Shown piece by piece: positions 25,824 through 38,180 of a stretch of 64,000 nt of DNA. The translations under genes were made by a program, and so were the position numbers. The notes beneath the pieces were generated by a model. It had not been told where the DNA came from, made no database searches, and saw only the letters and a program-made list of their open reading frames with translations. The stretch's first letter is position 1. Every line of letters starts with the position of its first letter. The DNA comes from Macrostomum lignano (taxonomy: Eukaryota), in contig NIVC01000797.1 in NCBI GenBank assembly GCA_002269645.1, positions 62,001 through 126,000 on the forward strand, read 5' to 3'.

Positions 25824-25866
25824 TGACGTAAACGTGATGACGTAATTAGTTGATTGAACCGGAAAT
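25824..25866 (+). promoter_or_regulatory. CRE/ATF-like and ETS-like motif cluster, possible ZNF598 promoter
   Basis: TGACGTAA at 25824-25831 and 25838-25845, ACCGGAAAT at 25858-25866; a donor-like A|GTAAAC at 25936 could join the acceptor at 30267. Inference. Confidence 0.2.
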
Positions 25867-27256
25867 CGAACCGAATTTTTGCTGAGAGAAAAAATTACAA
25901 GGAGTATCAATTTTTTTGTATGGACTCAAGATCAAGTAAACTAATGTAACTGAAATGATAACAAATAAAAAACCATCTCTTGGGTGTCTATATAGTCCTG
26001 TTTTTGTCTTCTTGAAGATACCGAGGCTAAGATTTCAGTAGTGTACAGTACCATGCATTCACCCGACTTACATGTACCGTGTATGCAACTAAGACATCGT
26101 GGTATACGTACTACATTTGCCGTACATTTTAATGTAGGATACATATATTTATCAGCGATATCAATAGACGTCGGACGTTAGATTGCTGTAACGGGTATAG
26201 TAATTTGAAATTGCGTGGGTGTGCGTGCCGTACATGGGGCTTGAATGCGTGATTCCACGTGCGGGGATTGCATAAAAACCGATTCAAATACATGTTTGGA
26301 AACAGAGTGAGAAAACACAGCCTACGCAAATAAATTACATCAGCAAGGTAAGCACGTGGGTTGCAGGCTACATAAGGTATGCAGGAAAACGACGGCAAGT
26401 TGTTAAACTTTGTGCTTTGAAGTAGCTTTTTTACAATTTTATATTCCATGCATGTATTCCGCCATTGAACATGCATGTTTTATCCATGACGTGGCGACTA
26501 GGGTAGTGAACTAAAACAAACATATTATGACAAATTCATAAATAAGAATAATAAACTAATAGATTCAGAGTAAAAAACGATGTTTCACATAATCAAATAC
26601 TAGATCGTAAAGCACTTGTTTCTAATTTTTCGCTTTCTATTTTAATCATTTTCCTGAAAATGTCGCAAAATTTTCTTAATAGTATTGCACCACTCACTCA
26701 TTGAATCGTAACGCCTTGAATTGCGTTTTCTGTCTCAACAATCCAGCGAGTACGTGCTTGAATTCATCAACTATATAAACTTGATTAAATTTGAATAAGC
26801 TATTGCCTAAGATTCGATTTAGCAGATAATATATACAATCGTATAATATTAATAGAAAATATTTAGTATAGCTGTGTTAATTTATTGCCTAAATAAATGT
26901 TAGGCCTAAATCCAAAAGTATAAACCTATTGTTAAATAGGGCCTAGGTGTTAAAGAAGCATTCTGGAATCTAGAATCTAGGTTATACTTCTAGCTATATT
27001 TCCTGTGCGTTTATGGTTTAAGTGGGCCTTGCCCTAGCCGGCCTAGCCCTAGGCTAGGCATATGATATGATAAGTCCTGATAAAAAAGGCCTAGCCCCTA
27101 GGCCTACCTGCCAACTTTAATTCTTTTTGAAAAAAATTCACTGGCAACTAGGCCTTAGGCTAGCCTAGGCATGATTCCTAAATAGGCATAGGCCTAACAT
27201 TATATTTTATATTATTGTTAAAATTAGCCCTATTTCATTCAAGTCACATTCCAAAT

Positions 27257-28059
27257 TAGGGGTCGGATGAGATCTCGATCTCAATCTCAAGATCCGAGAT
27301 CTTGGGGTTTTCTCAAATCTCAATCTCGACTTCACAATCTCGAAAAAAATGTCGAGATTCGAGATAAAAATTAAATGTTCAAAAAAACATTTTGATCTAT
27401 AAGAAGCATGCAGCATCATATCATAGAGCCTGATGGTGTCAATGTCAATATTTTGTTTAAATTTTGCATGTTACAAATAATGTATAGTTTATATATAGCT
27501 GGCATACAGATGCCGGTGGTCATGGCTTGCATTAGAGAATGCGCACTGTTTTGAACAATATATTTACTATTTTCAATTAATTTGTAATGTAATGCATTTC
27601 TGCTTCAAACAATTAATGTTCCAGCAATTCATTGGCTACTTAAAGTTGACGTCCAAGATCAACACTCTCCATGTGATGTTGATGGTTTCTTTTGTCTCGC
27701 TAGTTCGTCAGTTAGGTACCTTGTATCCACATGGGAATATTTAATGTGTAATCCGGTTATTTCAATGAGTTGTATTTTTGTTTGCTAATGATGGTTAGCA
27801 ATATTTTGTTTTACTGGGTTGGCAAAATTTTATTTAACATTTTGAATTCTGTGCCTTCGGAGACGGTTCTTGGGATCCCAGGAGCTTGTCTAATAGACCT
27901 ACTGCCAGTAGCAGATTTAGAGGATTTACTGTATTTCACATATTAAATATTTTTTGTTGTTCCACTATATGTCTCGAATCTCGATTGAATCTCGAATATC
28001 TCAAAGAGGCCAATCTCGAATCTCCAAAATCTCGAAAATTCAATATTGTCCGACCCCTA
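27257..28059. mobile_element. hAT-like MITE (~800 bp)
   Basis: Perfect 11-bp TIR TAGGGGTCGGA / TCCGACCCCTA; clustered subterminal atctcga repeats at both ends; flanks ttccaaat / ctccggat match 5 of 8 (eroded TSD). Confidence 0.65.
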
Positions 28060-30293
28060 CTCCGGATCATGTAGGCCTAGTATACGCCCAAAAATTTGGG
28101 TATGCATGTGCATAGGCCTTGCATGCCAAAATTAAAATTAGGTGTGTATAGTTGGTGTGCATCACTCCTAAGAAAATAGTATGTGTGCACACCTGGTATG
28201 CACTTCATAAAATCACGTAAGAGTTATTGTAAAATAGAAAAAAACAAAAAAAGTTAATTTTTAAGCATACCTAAATTTCAAGCTTCCAATTTTTTCAAGC
28301 TTGTAAAAAAGCATTTAAACAAGTCTTTGCATTTATCAATTTTTTGCTGTAAGTATTGCCAAAAAGCATAAAAATCAACCAAATGAATATGCAAAATCAA
28401 AAAATAAATGATAACATAAAAAGGTTATTTATTGTTGTAACACTAGCATATTTTTGAAAATAGTCATGCACTAATTTTTTGGCTTTAGCATATACTTGTG
28501 ATTATTCAATTTTTGTTCAGGTGTGTACCCAGCATGATCTAGACTATGGTCTATGTATTGGCTGAATTTTGACACTGAATTGAATTGCATAATTGTATTG
28601 AATGCAAAAGCATAGCATAATACTTCATTTATATTTCATAACCATATTGTTAATTTTAATAGAGACTAGGCCTAGTACTGACTTGCCTAAAAAATTGATT
28701 ATATCATAACTGCTTCGTGTGACTTTTACTCTAATTGACTTAGTGTGTATTGAATTATAAGTGCTAAATATTCACTTATAACTTTAATAAGAGCTAGCCT
28801 AGATGTTAATAATACCAGAATCCAGGTGGTATACATGTATGATAGAAAATTCTAGCATATACTAGAGTGCACTAGTACCTAGAGTGCACTATTGGCATAA
28901 AACTTGGCATATAGCTTGGCATACAAAGATTGCCAAAACAGCAAATAAAACCATATATGCACAACAAGTTTGGAATAGTATCCATATACATAGTTAAGTT
29001 AGAAGTGCTAAATTTTGATGAAAAAGCAAGTCCAAAGTCCAAGTCCAAAAGCAAATTAAAAAGTAAAACAAAAATAGTTAAAATAAACAAGCTAAGTTTT
29101 TTTGTTTAGTATAAAATCAACTAGTTTTTTCTAATCACTTTTTTAATACTAAAAATTTGCAAGCAATAAATATTAGTCATAATTTTTAATTCTTGTTTTG
29201 TCAGATTTTTGTGTCTAATTAAAGTACATTGGCATACATGAGCTAGGCAATTTTTGTTCTGGTATACAATGGTATATGATCCTGACCATAGATCTAGTAC
29301 ATCCTAAAAAGCCAAAAACCTTTGCAACTTTCCTTGTAATAGTAAGTCTTAGGCCTCAAAAGCATAAACAAAGGGTCTACAAAATTGTATATTTTTATTA
29401 TCATTTTTGTCATAACTAGTTTTTTTATAATAAAAAGACAGAGTTTTGATTTTTATAGGTATAGATAGACATATTTGGCTATCCTCTAGTTTTGGCAAAT
29501 TTAATTATTCTACAAAAAATGACTTTCTTAGTTACCTAAATTAAATATAGTAAATATTAAATATATAGATGTGGCTGTGCAACTATTTTATGTCTATCTA
29601 CTAGTTTGAGATGGCTATTGCCTATGTCTACAGCCAAAACCTGCAATCACTCCCTGTTTTTTAAAAAGAGACTGGGATAAGAGGGACTAGGATTCTGAGA
29701 GTTTTCTATGTATTCATTGAAAAAAAAATTAAAATTTATTTTACATTAAAATTGCAATGCAAACTTTCAAAAAAAATGAAAATAAGATTCTTGTTTAAAA
29801 TTTCAGATACATCTATTATCTAATAATATAAAAAGGTTGGTTAAAATTGAAAAATTAAAAAATATGTTGGCTATATTTTATAATGAAATTTATGTTAGAT
29901 TTTACCTTTTGTGTTCAGTTTTACAAATACAAAAGCCTTTTATACACCAATATTTTTATTAACTAATCTTAATATTTATTTATATAATTATTATACAATA
30001 CTTGTAGGCTTTTGCCATTAATACATTTTTAAAGAAATCTAAATATGCTAGTTGGGTTATCCTATATAAGCAATGCCATGTTAAGCAAAAAGCAATATAG
30101 ACTTAGGGTAAAGGCTTTTTAATATTCAAAATGAGAATCTTATATTAGGCTATAGAATACTTGTATAAAAATAGTTAGTATTTGTAGGCATTAGGCTTAT
30201 TTGATTTTAGAGGTAAGATAAGATCTTGATCTTATAAATGTTGATCGTAACAGAATTATTATTTCAGAAATTCATTACCAATAAAATAAAACA

Positions 30294-33200
30294 ATGTCAA
30301 CACCAGATGATAGCAATTCATGCCTCGTCTGCCGAGAAGAATGTCAATACTATGGCATTGGAGAGTGCAATCATACAGTCTGCGCAAAATGTGCAATTCG
30401 ATTAAAAGTAATCTGTAAAGTTGCTGAATGCCCTATCTGTCGGCATAAATCTTCTCAGGTAAAGATTGGTATAGACGCTCAAAATATGTGCATTCCAAAG
30501 CATATTTAAGCATTTCTACGAGGGGTGTCCAAAAAGTAGTGATGCTTTTAACCGTAGCTCTTGTTCTATAGCTTCCTGTGATTTAAAATTTTATGAATTG
30601 ATAGCGGCAAATCTCTTCTACAGACTGCTTTTTGAATTTTTAAAATTGATACCAGAGAACAAAAGTTATACCCATGAAAGTAACAGTACCTGTACCATTG
30701 AGTTACACAGATTATAGGCTGAGCTTCACGAGATCCATGCCGAGTAAGCTTCTATGAATTGTTGATTTCGGCTTGTCCAACCTGTCAGCGATCTCTCTAA
30801 TGGTCATTCGGGAGTCCTCATCAAGAAGATTCAGAATGGAGTCCGCCAGGTCGATGAACGTATGGCCGCCCCGTCCGATGCTGATCTGCCAAGTCAGTCC
30901 TTCCCTTGCTGAACTGCTCCATCCATCGATAAACTCATGTCATTTTGCTGACTGCAGAGATCCGTGCGCAGAGCAAAGTTTTGCGTGAATTTCTGAGGCA
31001 CTATGGCCAGCACGCCAAAGAGTGAAGATAGTACTTTGCTGAGCAACAACTGAGTGCACATCCATGTGTGTTATCGAGTATGGGCAATGAAATCAATTGC
31101 AAAATGCAAGCTCCTCTGTTTGCAAGTAAAGTAATGAATTTAATGCTTTATTTTTCTGCGCATGATTCTGTCCATAGACAAATTTCAGTCAGTCGCAGTG
31201 AGCATAATTTTGCAATTGGGCTTTGGTATTGCTTAAACAAGACATTTATCGATGCCTTCTTAATGAATAAGTGCAGAAGTCGACTATCATAAATTTTGAT
31301 ATAATCTGTGTAACTCTATGGTACAGGTACTGTTACTTTTGTGGGTATAACTTTTGTTCTCTGGTATCAATTTTAAAAATTCAAAAAGCAGTCTGTAGAA
31401 GAGATTTGCCGCTATCAGTTCATAAAATTTTAAATCACAGGAAGCTATATAACGAGAGCTACGGTTAAAAGTATCACTACTTTTTGGACACCCCTCGTAT
31501 AACTAAGAATCATATTTCCCACTGCCAGATATTGATAACCAAATCACACAGCAAGTACAACTGCTTTCAAACGGACAAATTTATGTCTCTGCCAGACGAA
31601 GATTTGCTATTCGAAAATCAAGAAGTGCTGACTTATTACACGGATTTGATCAGCTACACGTGTTCTGACTGTGGCCTGCAATGCAATTCTATGAGCGCTC
31701 TGAAACGCCATGTTAACAATGATCACAAGAAGCGATTTTGTCTGATCTGCGTTGAACATTTGAAGGTAATGTTTGTCCAGTGTTTTAATAATGCTTGTCT
31801 GTTCAAATTGTCGCCCTCCCAGTGCCATTTATCTAGAAATCGCCCTCACAGTCCTATCTCTCTTTAGAGATAGCCCCCATAGTTCCATTTGTCTTTAGAA
31901 ATCGCCCTCACAGTACTATATCTCTCTAGAAATTGCCCTCACAGTCCTATCTCTCTCTAGAAATCGCCCTCACAGTCCTTTCTCTCTCTAGAAATCGCCC
32001 TCACAATCCTATCTCTCTCTAGAAATCGCCCTCACAGTCCTATCTCTCTTTAGAGATCGCCCCCATAGTTCCATTTGTCTTTAGAAATCGCCCTCACAAT
32101 CCTATCTCTCTCTAGAAATCGCCCTCACAGTCCTATCTCTCTTTAGAGATCGCCCCCATAGTTCCATTTGTCTTTAGAAATCTCCCTCCCAGTCCCATCT
32201 CTCTTTAGAAATCGCCCTCCGAGTCCCATCTCTCTCTCTCTCTCTCTAGAAATCGCCCTCACAGTCCCATCTCTCTCTAGAAATTGCCCTCACAGTCCTA
32301 TCTCTCTCTAGAAATCGCCCTCACAGTCCTTTCTCTCTCTAGAAATCGCCCTCACAATCCTATCTCTCTCTAGAAATCGCCCTCACAGTCCTATCTCTCT
32401 TTAGAGATCGCCCCCATAGTTCCATTTGTCTTTAGAAATCTCCCTCCCAGTCCCATCTCTCTTTAGAAATCGCCCTCCGAGTCCCATCTCTCTCTCTCTC
32501 TCTCTCTAGAAATCGCCCTCACAGTCCCATCTCTCTCTAGAAATCGCCCTCACAGTCCTTTTTGTCTTTAGAAATCGCCCTCCGAGTCCCATCTCTTGCA
32601 AAAATGCCCCGACAGCCCCGTATGCCAATATTCAATCTATTCAGCTGTTTCCACGCGAGCACGAGCTATTCGACGATGGCTCACTGTCCGAGCACAAACG
32701 CTGGCGAGCCGAGCGACCCAATCACGGGCATCCGAAGTGTCAGATCTGCCAAGAAAGTTTTTACGACGCCGAATTATGGTATAATCATCTTCGTCGGCAG
32801 CATTTTATGTGTCACATTTGCGAGAATTTGCCAACGCTTGAAAGATTTCATCAGCAGCGCACTGTCTATGGCAATTACGAACAGTTGAATAAGCATTTCA
32901 TCGCTTCTCACTACGTTTGTCAGGAAGGTTAGTGTTTGATTAGGTGTCAGTGATAGGTTGCCAGTTCTGTAGAGTTTAATTAGGATGCCAGTAGGTTCTA
33001 ATTAGGATGTCAGTAGGTTCAAATTAGGATGTCCGTAGGTTCTAATTAGGATGTCAGTAGGTTCTAATTAGGATGTCAGTAGGTTCTAATTAGGATGCCA
33101 GTAGATTCTAATTAGGATGTCAGTAGGTTCTAATTTGGATGTCAGTGGATTCTAATTAGGATGTCAGTAGGTTCTAATTTGGATGTCAGTGGATTCTAAT

Positions 33201-36200
33201 TAGGATGTCAGTAGGTTCTAATTTGGATGTCAGTGGATTCTAATTAGGATGTCAGTAGGTTCTAATTAGGATGTTGGTAGGTTCTAATTAGGATGTCAGT
33301 AGACTCTAATTAGGATGTCAGTAGATTCTAATTAGGATGTCAGTAGGTTCTAATTAGGATGTCAGTATGTTCTAATTAGGATGTCAGTAGGTTCTAATTA
33401 GGATGTCAGTATGTTCTAATTAGGATGTCAGTAGGTTCTAATTAGGATGTCAGTAAATTCTACGAAATTGTTTTCGGATTTATAGTTTAGTGTCAGTAGG
33501 CCAACTGATTTGACTGTCAGTAATCTCCTGCCAAGCAACTAAGCCCGACCGTATTTAACCTATCGAACCCCAGGGCCCTGCCAGTCCGACCAGTTCACCA
33601 ACGTGTTCGCAACCGAGAATGAATTGCGCGCTCACAAAATTAGCCATCACAGCGGCGTTATGGACAAGGCTCTGCTCAGAGAGACTAGACGGCTTGATGT
33701 CGATATCAGGTGAGAGGCTGGACCAGTTGAGTCCTCTTAAATCAGTGGTCGGAAAACTCCGGCTAAACGCCTCTAACCGACCCTCGGGTCCCTTGAAACT
33801 TTAAAATAGCCATCCGGCCCTCTCGTCTCCACTCCCCACTCTGAATCACAGTCATACGCTAGGTTCCTCATCTAGCCTTTGAAGTAAAAAATGTTTGCCG
33901 ATCCCCCTCTCTTACTTAGACCTAGATCCTCAGCTGCTGGGCCAGCCTCCCAGATCCTCAGCTGCTGGGCCAGCCTCCCAGATCCTCAGCTGCTGGGCCA
34001 GCCTCCCAGATCCTCAGCTGCTGGGCCAGCCTCCCAGATCCTCAGTTGCTGGGCCAGCCTCCCAAATCCTCAGTTGCTGGGCCACCAGCCTCCCAGATCC
34101 TCAGTTGCTGGGCCAGCCTCCCAGATCCTCAGTTGCTTGGCCAGCCTCCCAGAGTGTCAGTTGCTTGGCCAGCCTCCCAGATCCTCAGTTGCTAAGCCAG
34201 CCTCCCAGATCCTCAGTTGCTGGACCAGCCTCCCAGATCCTCAGTTGTTGGGCCAGCCTTTCAGATCCCCATTTGCTGGGCCAGCCTCCCAGATCCTCAG
34301 TTGCTGGGCCAGCCTCCCAGATCCTCAGTTGGCACCTCCCGCACCCGCAGGTATCAGCGTCGTGGAGCCTCCGGCGTCAACAGCGGGCCCAGCGGCTCTA
34401 GAGGCGGCGGCGGAGGCAGCGGCAGTGGTGTCGGCCCTCCCGCCACCTCGCACATGCCGACAGCCCGCGAAGCGCTTGACCAACTGGTGTCCCTTGCCCC
34501 GGGTGTTCGCGAATTCGCTGCCAACGCTCTCGCCCAGTCGGCGGCCGCCCAGCGCGAGCTCGACGCGAACGGCTACGCTGAGAATCCCGAAGAGTTTCCC
34601 ACCCTTACCGGAGAAACTCAAACTAAATTTGTTGGCCGACAAGCGGCTAAAGCTACTGAGGAAGATTTCCCCAGCTTACCGTCGGCTTCTTCAACTGCCC
34701 CGGCTGCGACGGAAGCGAGCAGCCAACAGCAGCAGCAGCAGCAGGTTCCGCCCCCACCGGTGTACAGCGGCCCAAGGCGAATGCCAGCCGCGATTCCATT
34801 CACCAGCCTGGTGTCCGGCAATAATGCCCCACCATCCTCTGCCGCTAATCTAGAGGAGGAATATCCCACGCTAGGTCGGCCGGTAGGCTCTGCTAGCGCC
34901 GCCTCTAACTCAATCTGGGGCCCGCCATCGGCTACTAGCAGTAGTAGCGCTAGCAAACCAAATATCAGTAGTAATGCCAATAAAAAGGTTAAGAAGCCGC
35001 CGCCGTCAACTAGCAGCGCTAATGACTTCCCGTCGCTGCCGCAACCGTCTGGTCCGCCGCCGCAGCCGTCGGCCGTTGCTAAGCCGACGCCTAAGCCGCG
35101 GACGAGGCCCCCTACAGCGCCGCCCCAGCCGCAAAAGCCGACAGCGGCTCCCGAGGCTTCCAAGCAGCAACAGCAGCCACCGCCGCCGCCCCCAGATCCT
35201 GTCGAGTATCGACCAGCCCCGAATCTTCGCTATCAGCAACTTGGCAGCGGCGGCGGCGGAGCTGCGTCGGTGGCGCTCCAACCAGACGAGCCGACAGTCT
35301 ACCGGCCAATGAATTCCATTGCCTGCGTATCGTTCGACTCGCTGCATCAGCAGCAGCCAGCGCAGCAGAAAAAGCAAGAGAAGTTCTCTTTAGTTGAAGA
35401 TTTTCCTGGACTGCCGGCTCCGGCCTCTTCCGCTCCGATTGCTGCTAGGAACAATAACACTACTAAGAGTAGCAACAGCGCAAAGAATCGTTTTGCCGCT
35501 TTAAACGATTCGTCCCCTATTGATTTAGTGGGCGATGGCGATGACTGGTCGGAATGGCCGGCAGCTGTCAGTCAGCAAAAGCAACAACAACAGCAACAGC
35601 AGAAATCTCTAAATTTCAAGCAGAAGTCTACCGCGGGGGCTGTCTTCTCCGGGCAGATGGACGATTTCCCGACTCTTGGAGGTCCGTCCTCTTCTTCAGG
35701 TGCTTCAGCTGCTCCCGTGTGGCGCAAAGATGGCCGCTCGCAGCCCAAGCAGCAGCAGGAAAAATATTTGGCTCCTTCCACGCCTCTCGGATTAAGTGCC
35801 TCAGCGCAGTCTGTAGCCGGCGGGAAAAAGCAGAAAAAGAAACAACAGAAACAGCAACAGGAAAAGAAACAATTAGAGTTGCAGTCGGATTCTACTGCAA
35901 GCCAGCAGCAGCAGAAGCAACAACCGCCGCCGCCTAGAAATGCCTCTTGGTGCGATCTGCTTGTGCGCGAGCAGTACACCTACTCGCCACCGGAAGGGCT
36001 CCTTCAGAGACAGGGTCAACTATTGGAACGCTTGCAAGCCTGTCTGGCTGACCAAGAAAAGTTTACTGGCTTTGCTAAAGCTTCATCAGAGTACTTGCAA
36101 GGCCAATTAGAGCCTGAGCAGTTTCTCAGCAAAGCCGTCAATCTGCTTGGCGGGAAACAGTGGCGACTGATAGCTGCGGATTTGATCAGCACCCTGCCTA

Positions 36201-36337
36201 GCATTAGCAGGCAGAGAGACTTGCGCAAACGGTTGCCGGATGAATTGCGCTCGGCGTTGGCTGTGTGCGACACCTGCGCCCAGACTCTGCTGCCCGAAGA
36301 TCTTGACGGGCATCGGTGCATGCAGATTGAAGAGTAG
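30294..36337 (+). CDS. ZNF598: E3 ubiquitin ligase ZNF598 (Hel2 family), 5 exons, 935 aa
   Basis: Exons 30294-30458, 31529-31765, 32645-32927, 33574-33709, 34351-36337; GT-AG with phases 0,0,1,2; 2808 nt. N-terminal RING CLVC..CNHTVCAKC..CPIC. C2H2 fingers CSDC..HVNNDH, HGHPKCQIC..HLRRQHFMCHIC, HFIASHYVC, GPCQSDQFTNVFATENELRAHKISHH. Low-complexity middle with FPxL motifs; C-terminal helical domain plus CDTC..H finger. Exon 3 is absent from the ORF track. Confidence 0.9.
30519..31497 (-). mobile_element. Internally deleted Tc1/mariner element in ZNF598 intron 1
   Basis: TA TSD (30517-30518, 31498-31499); ~200-bp TIRs starting CGAGGGGTGTCCAAAAAGTAGTGAT. The interior 31065-30717 encodes a frameshifted transposase HTH region (MDVHSVV..GHSASEIHAKL..VYRWMEQFSKGRTDLADQHRTGRP..DEDSRMTIREIADRLDKPKSTIHR); no DDD/E domain. 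Confidence 0.9.
31835..32595. repeat. ~31-bp minisatellite (tagaaatcgccctcacagtcctatctctctc) in ZNF598 intron 2
   Basis: Direct reading; alternating variant units. Confidence 0.93.
32985..33465. repeat. 22-bp minisatellite (ttctaattaggatgtcagtagg) in ZNF598 intron 3
   Basis: Direct reading. Confidence 0.95.
33940..34330 (+). repeat. 28-bp minisatellite, array 2, ZNF598 intron 4
   Basis: Same unit as 12165-12812; ends 20 nt upstream of the exon 5 acceptor (34350). Confidence 0.95.
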
Positions 36338-36499
36338 CTAGAGGGAACTGTTATTGATTTGCACCGTATGCGTGCTTGTGTGCTAGGTGTTGGCGTGTGG
36401 TTATTCAATTACACTGGTGAGCAATGAGCACTGGCAGTCTGCATTCAGTGCCTTGCAATCTCTTTCCTAGCAGCGACAGGTAATGTGGCAGAGTTGCAG

Positions 36500-37210
36500 G
36501 CACTAGGGTAGAGTCACAGATACTAGGGTAGAGTGACAGGCACTAGGGTAGAGTGACAGGCACTAGGGTAGAGTGGCAGGCACTAGGGTAGAGTGACAGG
36601 CACTAGGGTAGAGTGACAGGCACTAGGGTAGAGTCACCGATACTAGGGTAGAGTGACAGGCGCTAGGGTAGTCACAGACACTAAGGTAGAGTGGCAGACA
36701 ATAGGGTAGAATAGAGAGACTAGGGTAGGGTGACAGACCCTAGGGTAGAGACTAGGGTAGAGTGACAGACCCTAGGGTAGAGTCACAGACACTAGGGTAG
36801 AGTCATAGACACTAGGGTAGAGTCACAGACACTAGGGTAGAGTCATAGACACTAAGGGTAGAGTCACAGACACTAGGGTAGAGTCATAGACACTAAGGGT
36901 AGAGTCACAGACACTAGGGTAGAGTCATAGACACTAAGGGTAGAGTCACAGACACTAGGGTAGAGTCATAGACACTAAGGGTAGAGTCACAGACACTAGG
37001 GTAGAGTCACAGACACTAGGGTAGAGTCACAGACACTAGGGTAGACTCACAGACTCTAGGGTAGAGTCACAGGCACTAGGGTAGAGTGATAGGCACTAGG
37101 GTAGAGTCAAGTGATATACTGTGGTAGAGTCACAGACACTAGGGTAGACTCACATACACTAGGGTAGACTCACAGACACTAGGGTAGACTCACAGACACT
37201 AGGGTAGAGT
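36500..37210. repeat. 20-bp minisatellite (cactagggtagagtcacaga)
   Basis: Direct reading, downstream of the ZNF598 stop codon. Confidence 0.94.
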
Positions 37211-37854
37211 AACTCATAGACAGCCAGGCAAGCAGACACTGTCATGCCCCTATGAGTATGATGGAGTAATGATTTAATAACACGGTGCATACCTGCAGCT
37301 AAACCCTCATTGCTAAGAAAGTTGAAAAAACACCAGTTATCGCGTTTTTTTAATATTGAAATATTTTCTGTTTTGCTTCTGCATTATATGTACTCTACTA
37401 CTTTAAAACTGACTTCGGTTGAGACCTTCTGACCTACAATCAGAGGTTTTAGTAACTTGTAAGCTTTAAAGTAATAAATTTCTTAAAAGCCTTAATTGTT
37501 TTGTTGTAATCCACTATTTGAAAAACTGCCATATTTTGTTTTAATAATATAGTTCTCTGTGAACAAAAAGATGATAAAATTTCAACTAAACTAATTAGAG
37601 GTTTTCAGAAAGTTTTCGTTCTATGTCATATGAAAACTTTGAGTAAACTATGACATTGATAAGCAACTTTGGTTCATGAATATTAATATGCAACCATGAA
37701 TTTTTGGGGGTCGATTATTGCACATTTATTTCCAAATGTACTTTTGTTGTCAAAGATTCCATTCTAATTTTATCTTGCGATTCATGTCGAGATATTTTTG
37801 GTGCGAACTTCATTACGAACTATATCACTTAGTTTACATTGATAACACATAAGA

Positions 37855-38180
37855 GCCTCCCAGAGTGTCAGTTGCTGGGCCAGCCTCCCAGAGTGTCAGT
37901 TGCTGGGCCAGCTTCCCAGATCCCCAGTTGCAGGGCCAGCCTCCCAGATCCCCAGTTGCTGGGCCAGCCTCCCAGAGTGTCAGTTGCTGGGCCAGCCTTC
38001 CAAAGTGTCAGTTGCAGGGCCAGCCTCCCAGATCCCCAGTTGCTGGGCCAGCCTCCCAGAGTGTCAGTTGCTGGGCCAGCCTCCCAAAGTGTCAGTTGCA
38101 GGGCCAGCCTCCCAGATCCTCAGTTGCTGGGCCAGCCTCCAGATCCTCAGTTGCTGGGCTAGCCTCCCAGATTCCCAGTT
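37855..38180 (+). repeat. 28-bp minisatellite, array 3
   Basis: Same family, with agagtgtcag and agatccccag variants as in array 1. Confidence 0.93.

Noticed and set aside
34328-34330. Acceptor at the end of the 28-bp array (atcctcag|) for ZNF598 exon 5
   Set aside because: Wrong phase (1 instead of 2); the ccgcag| at 34350 restores the frame.
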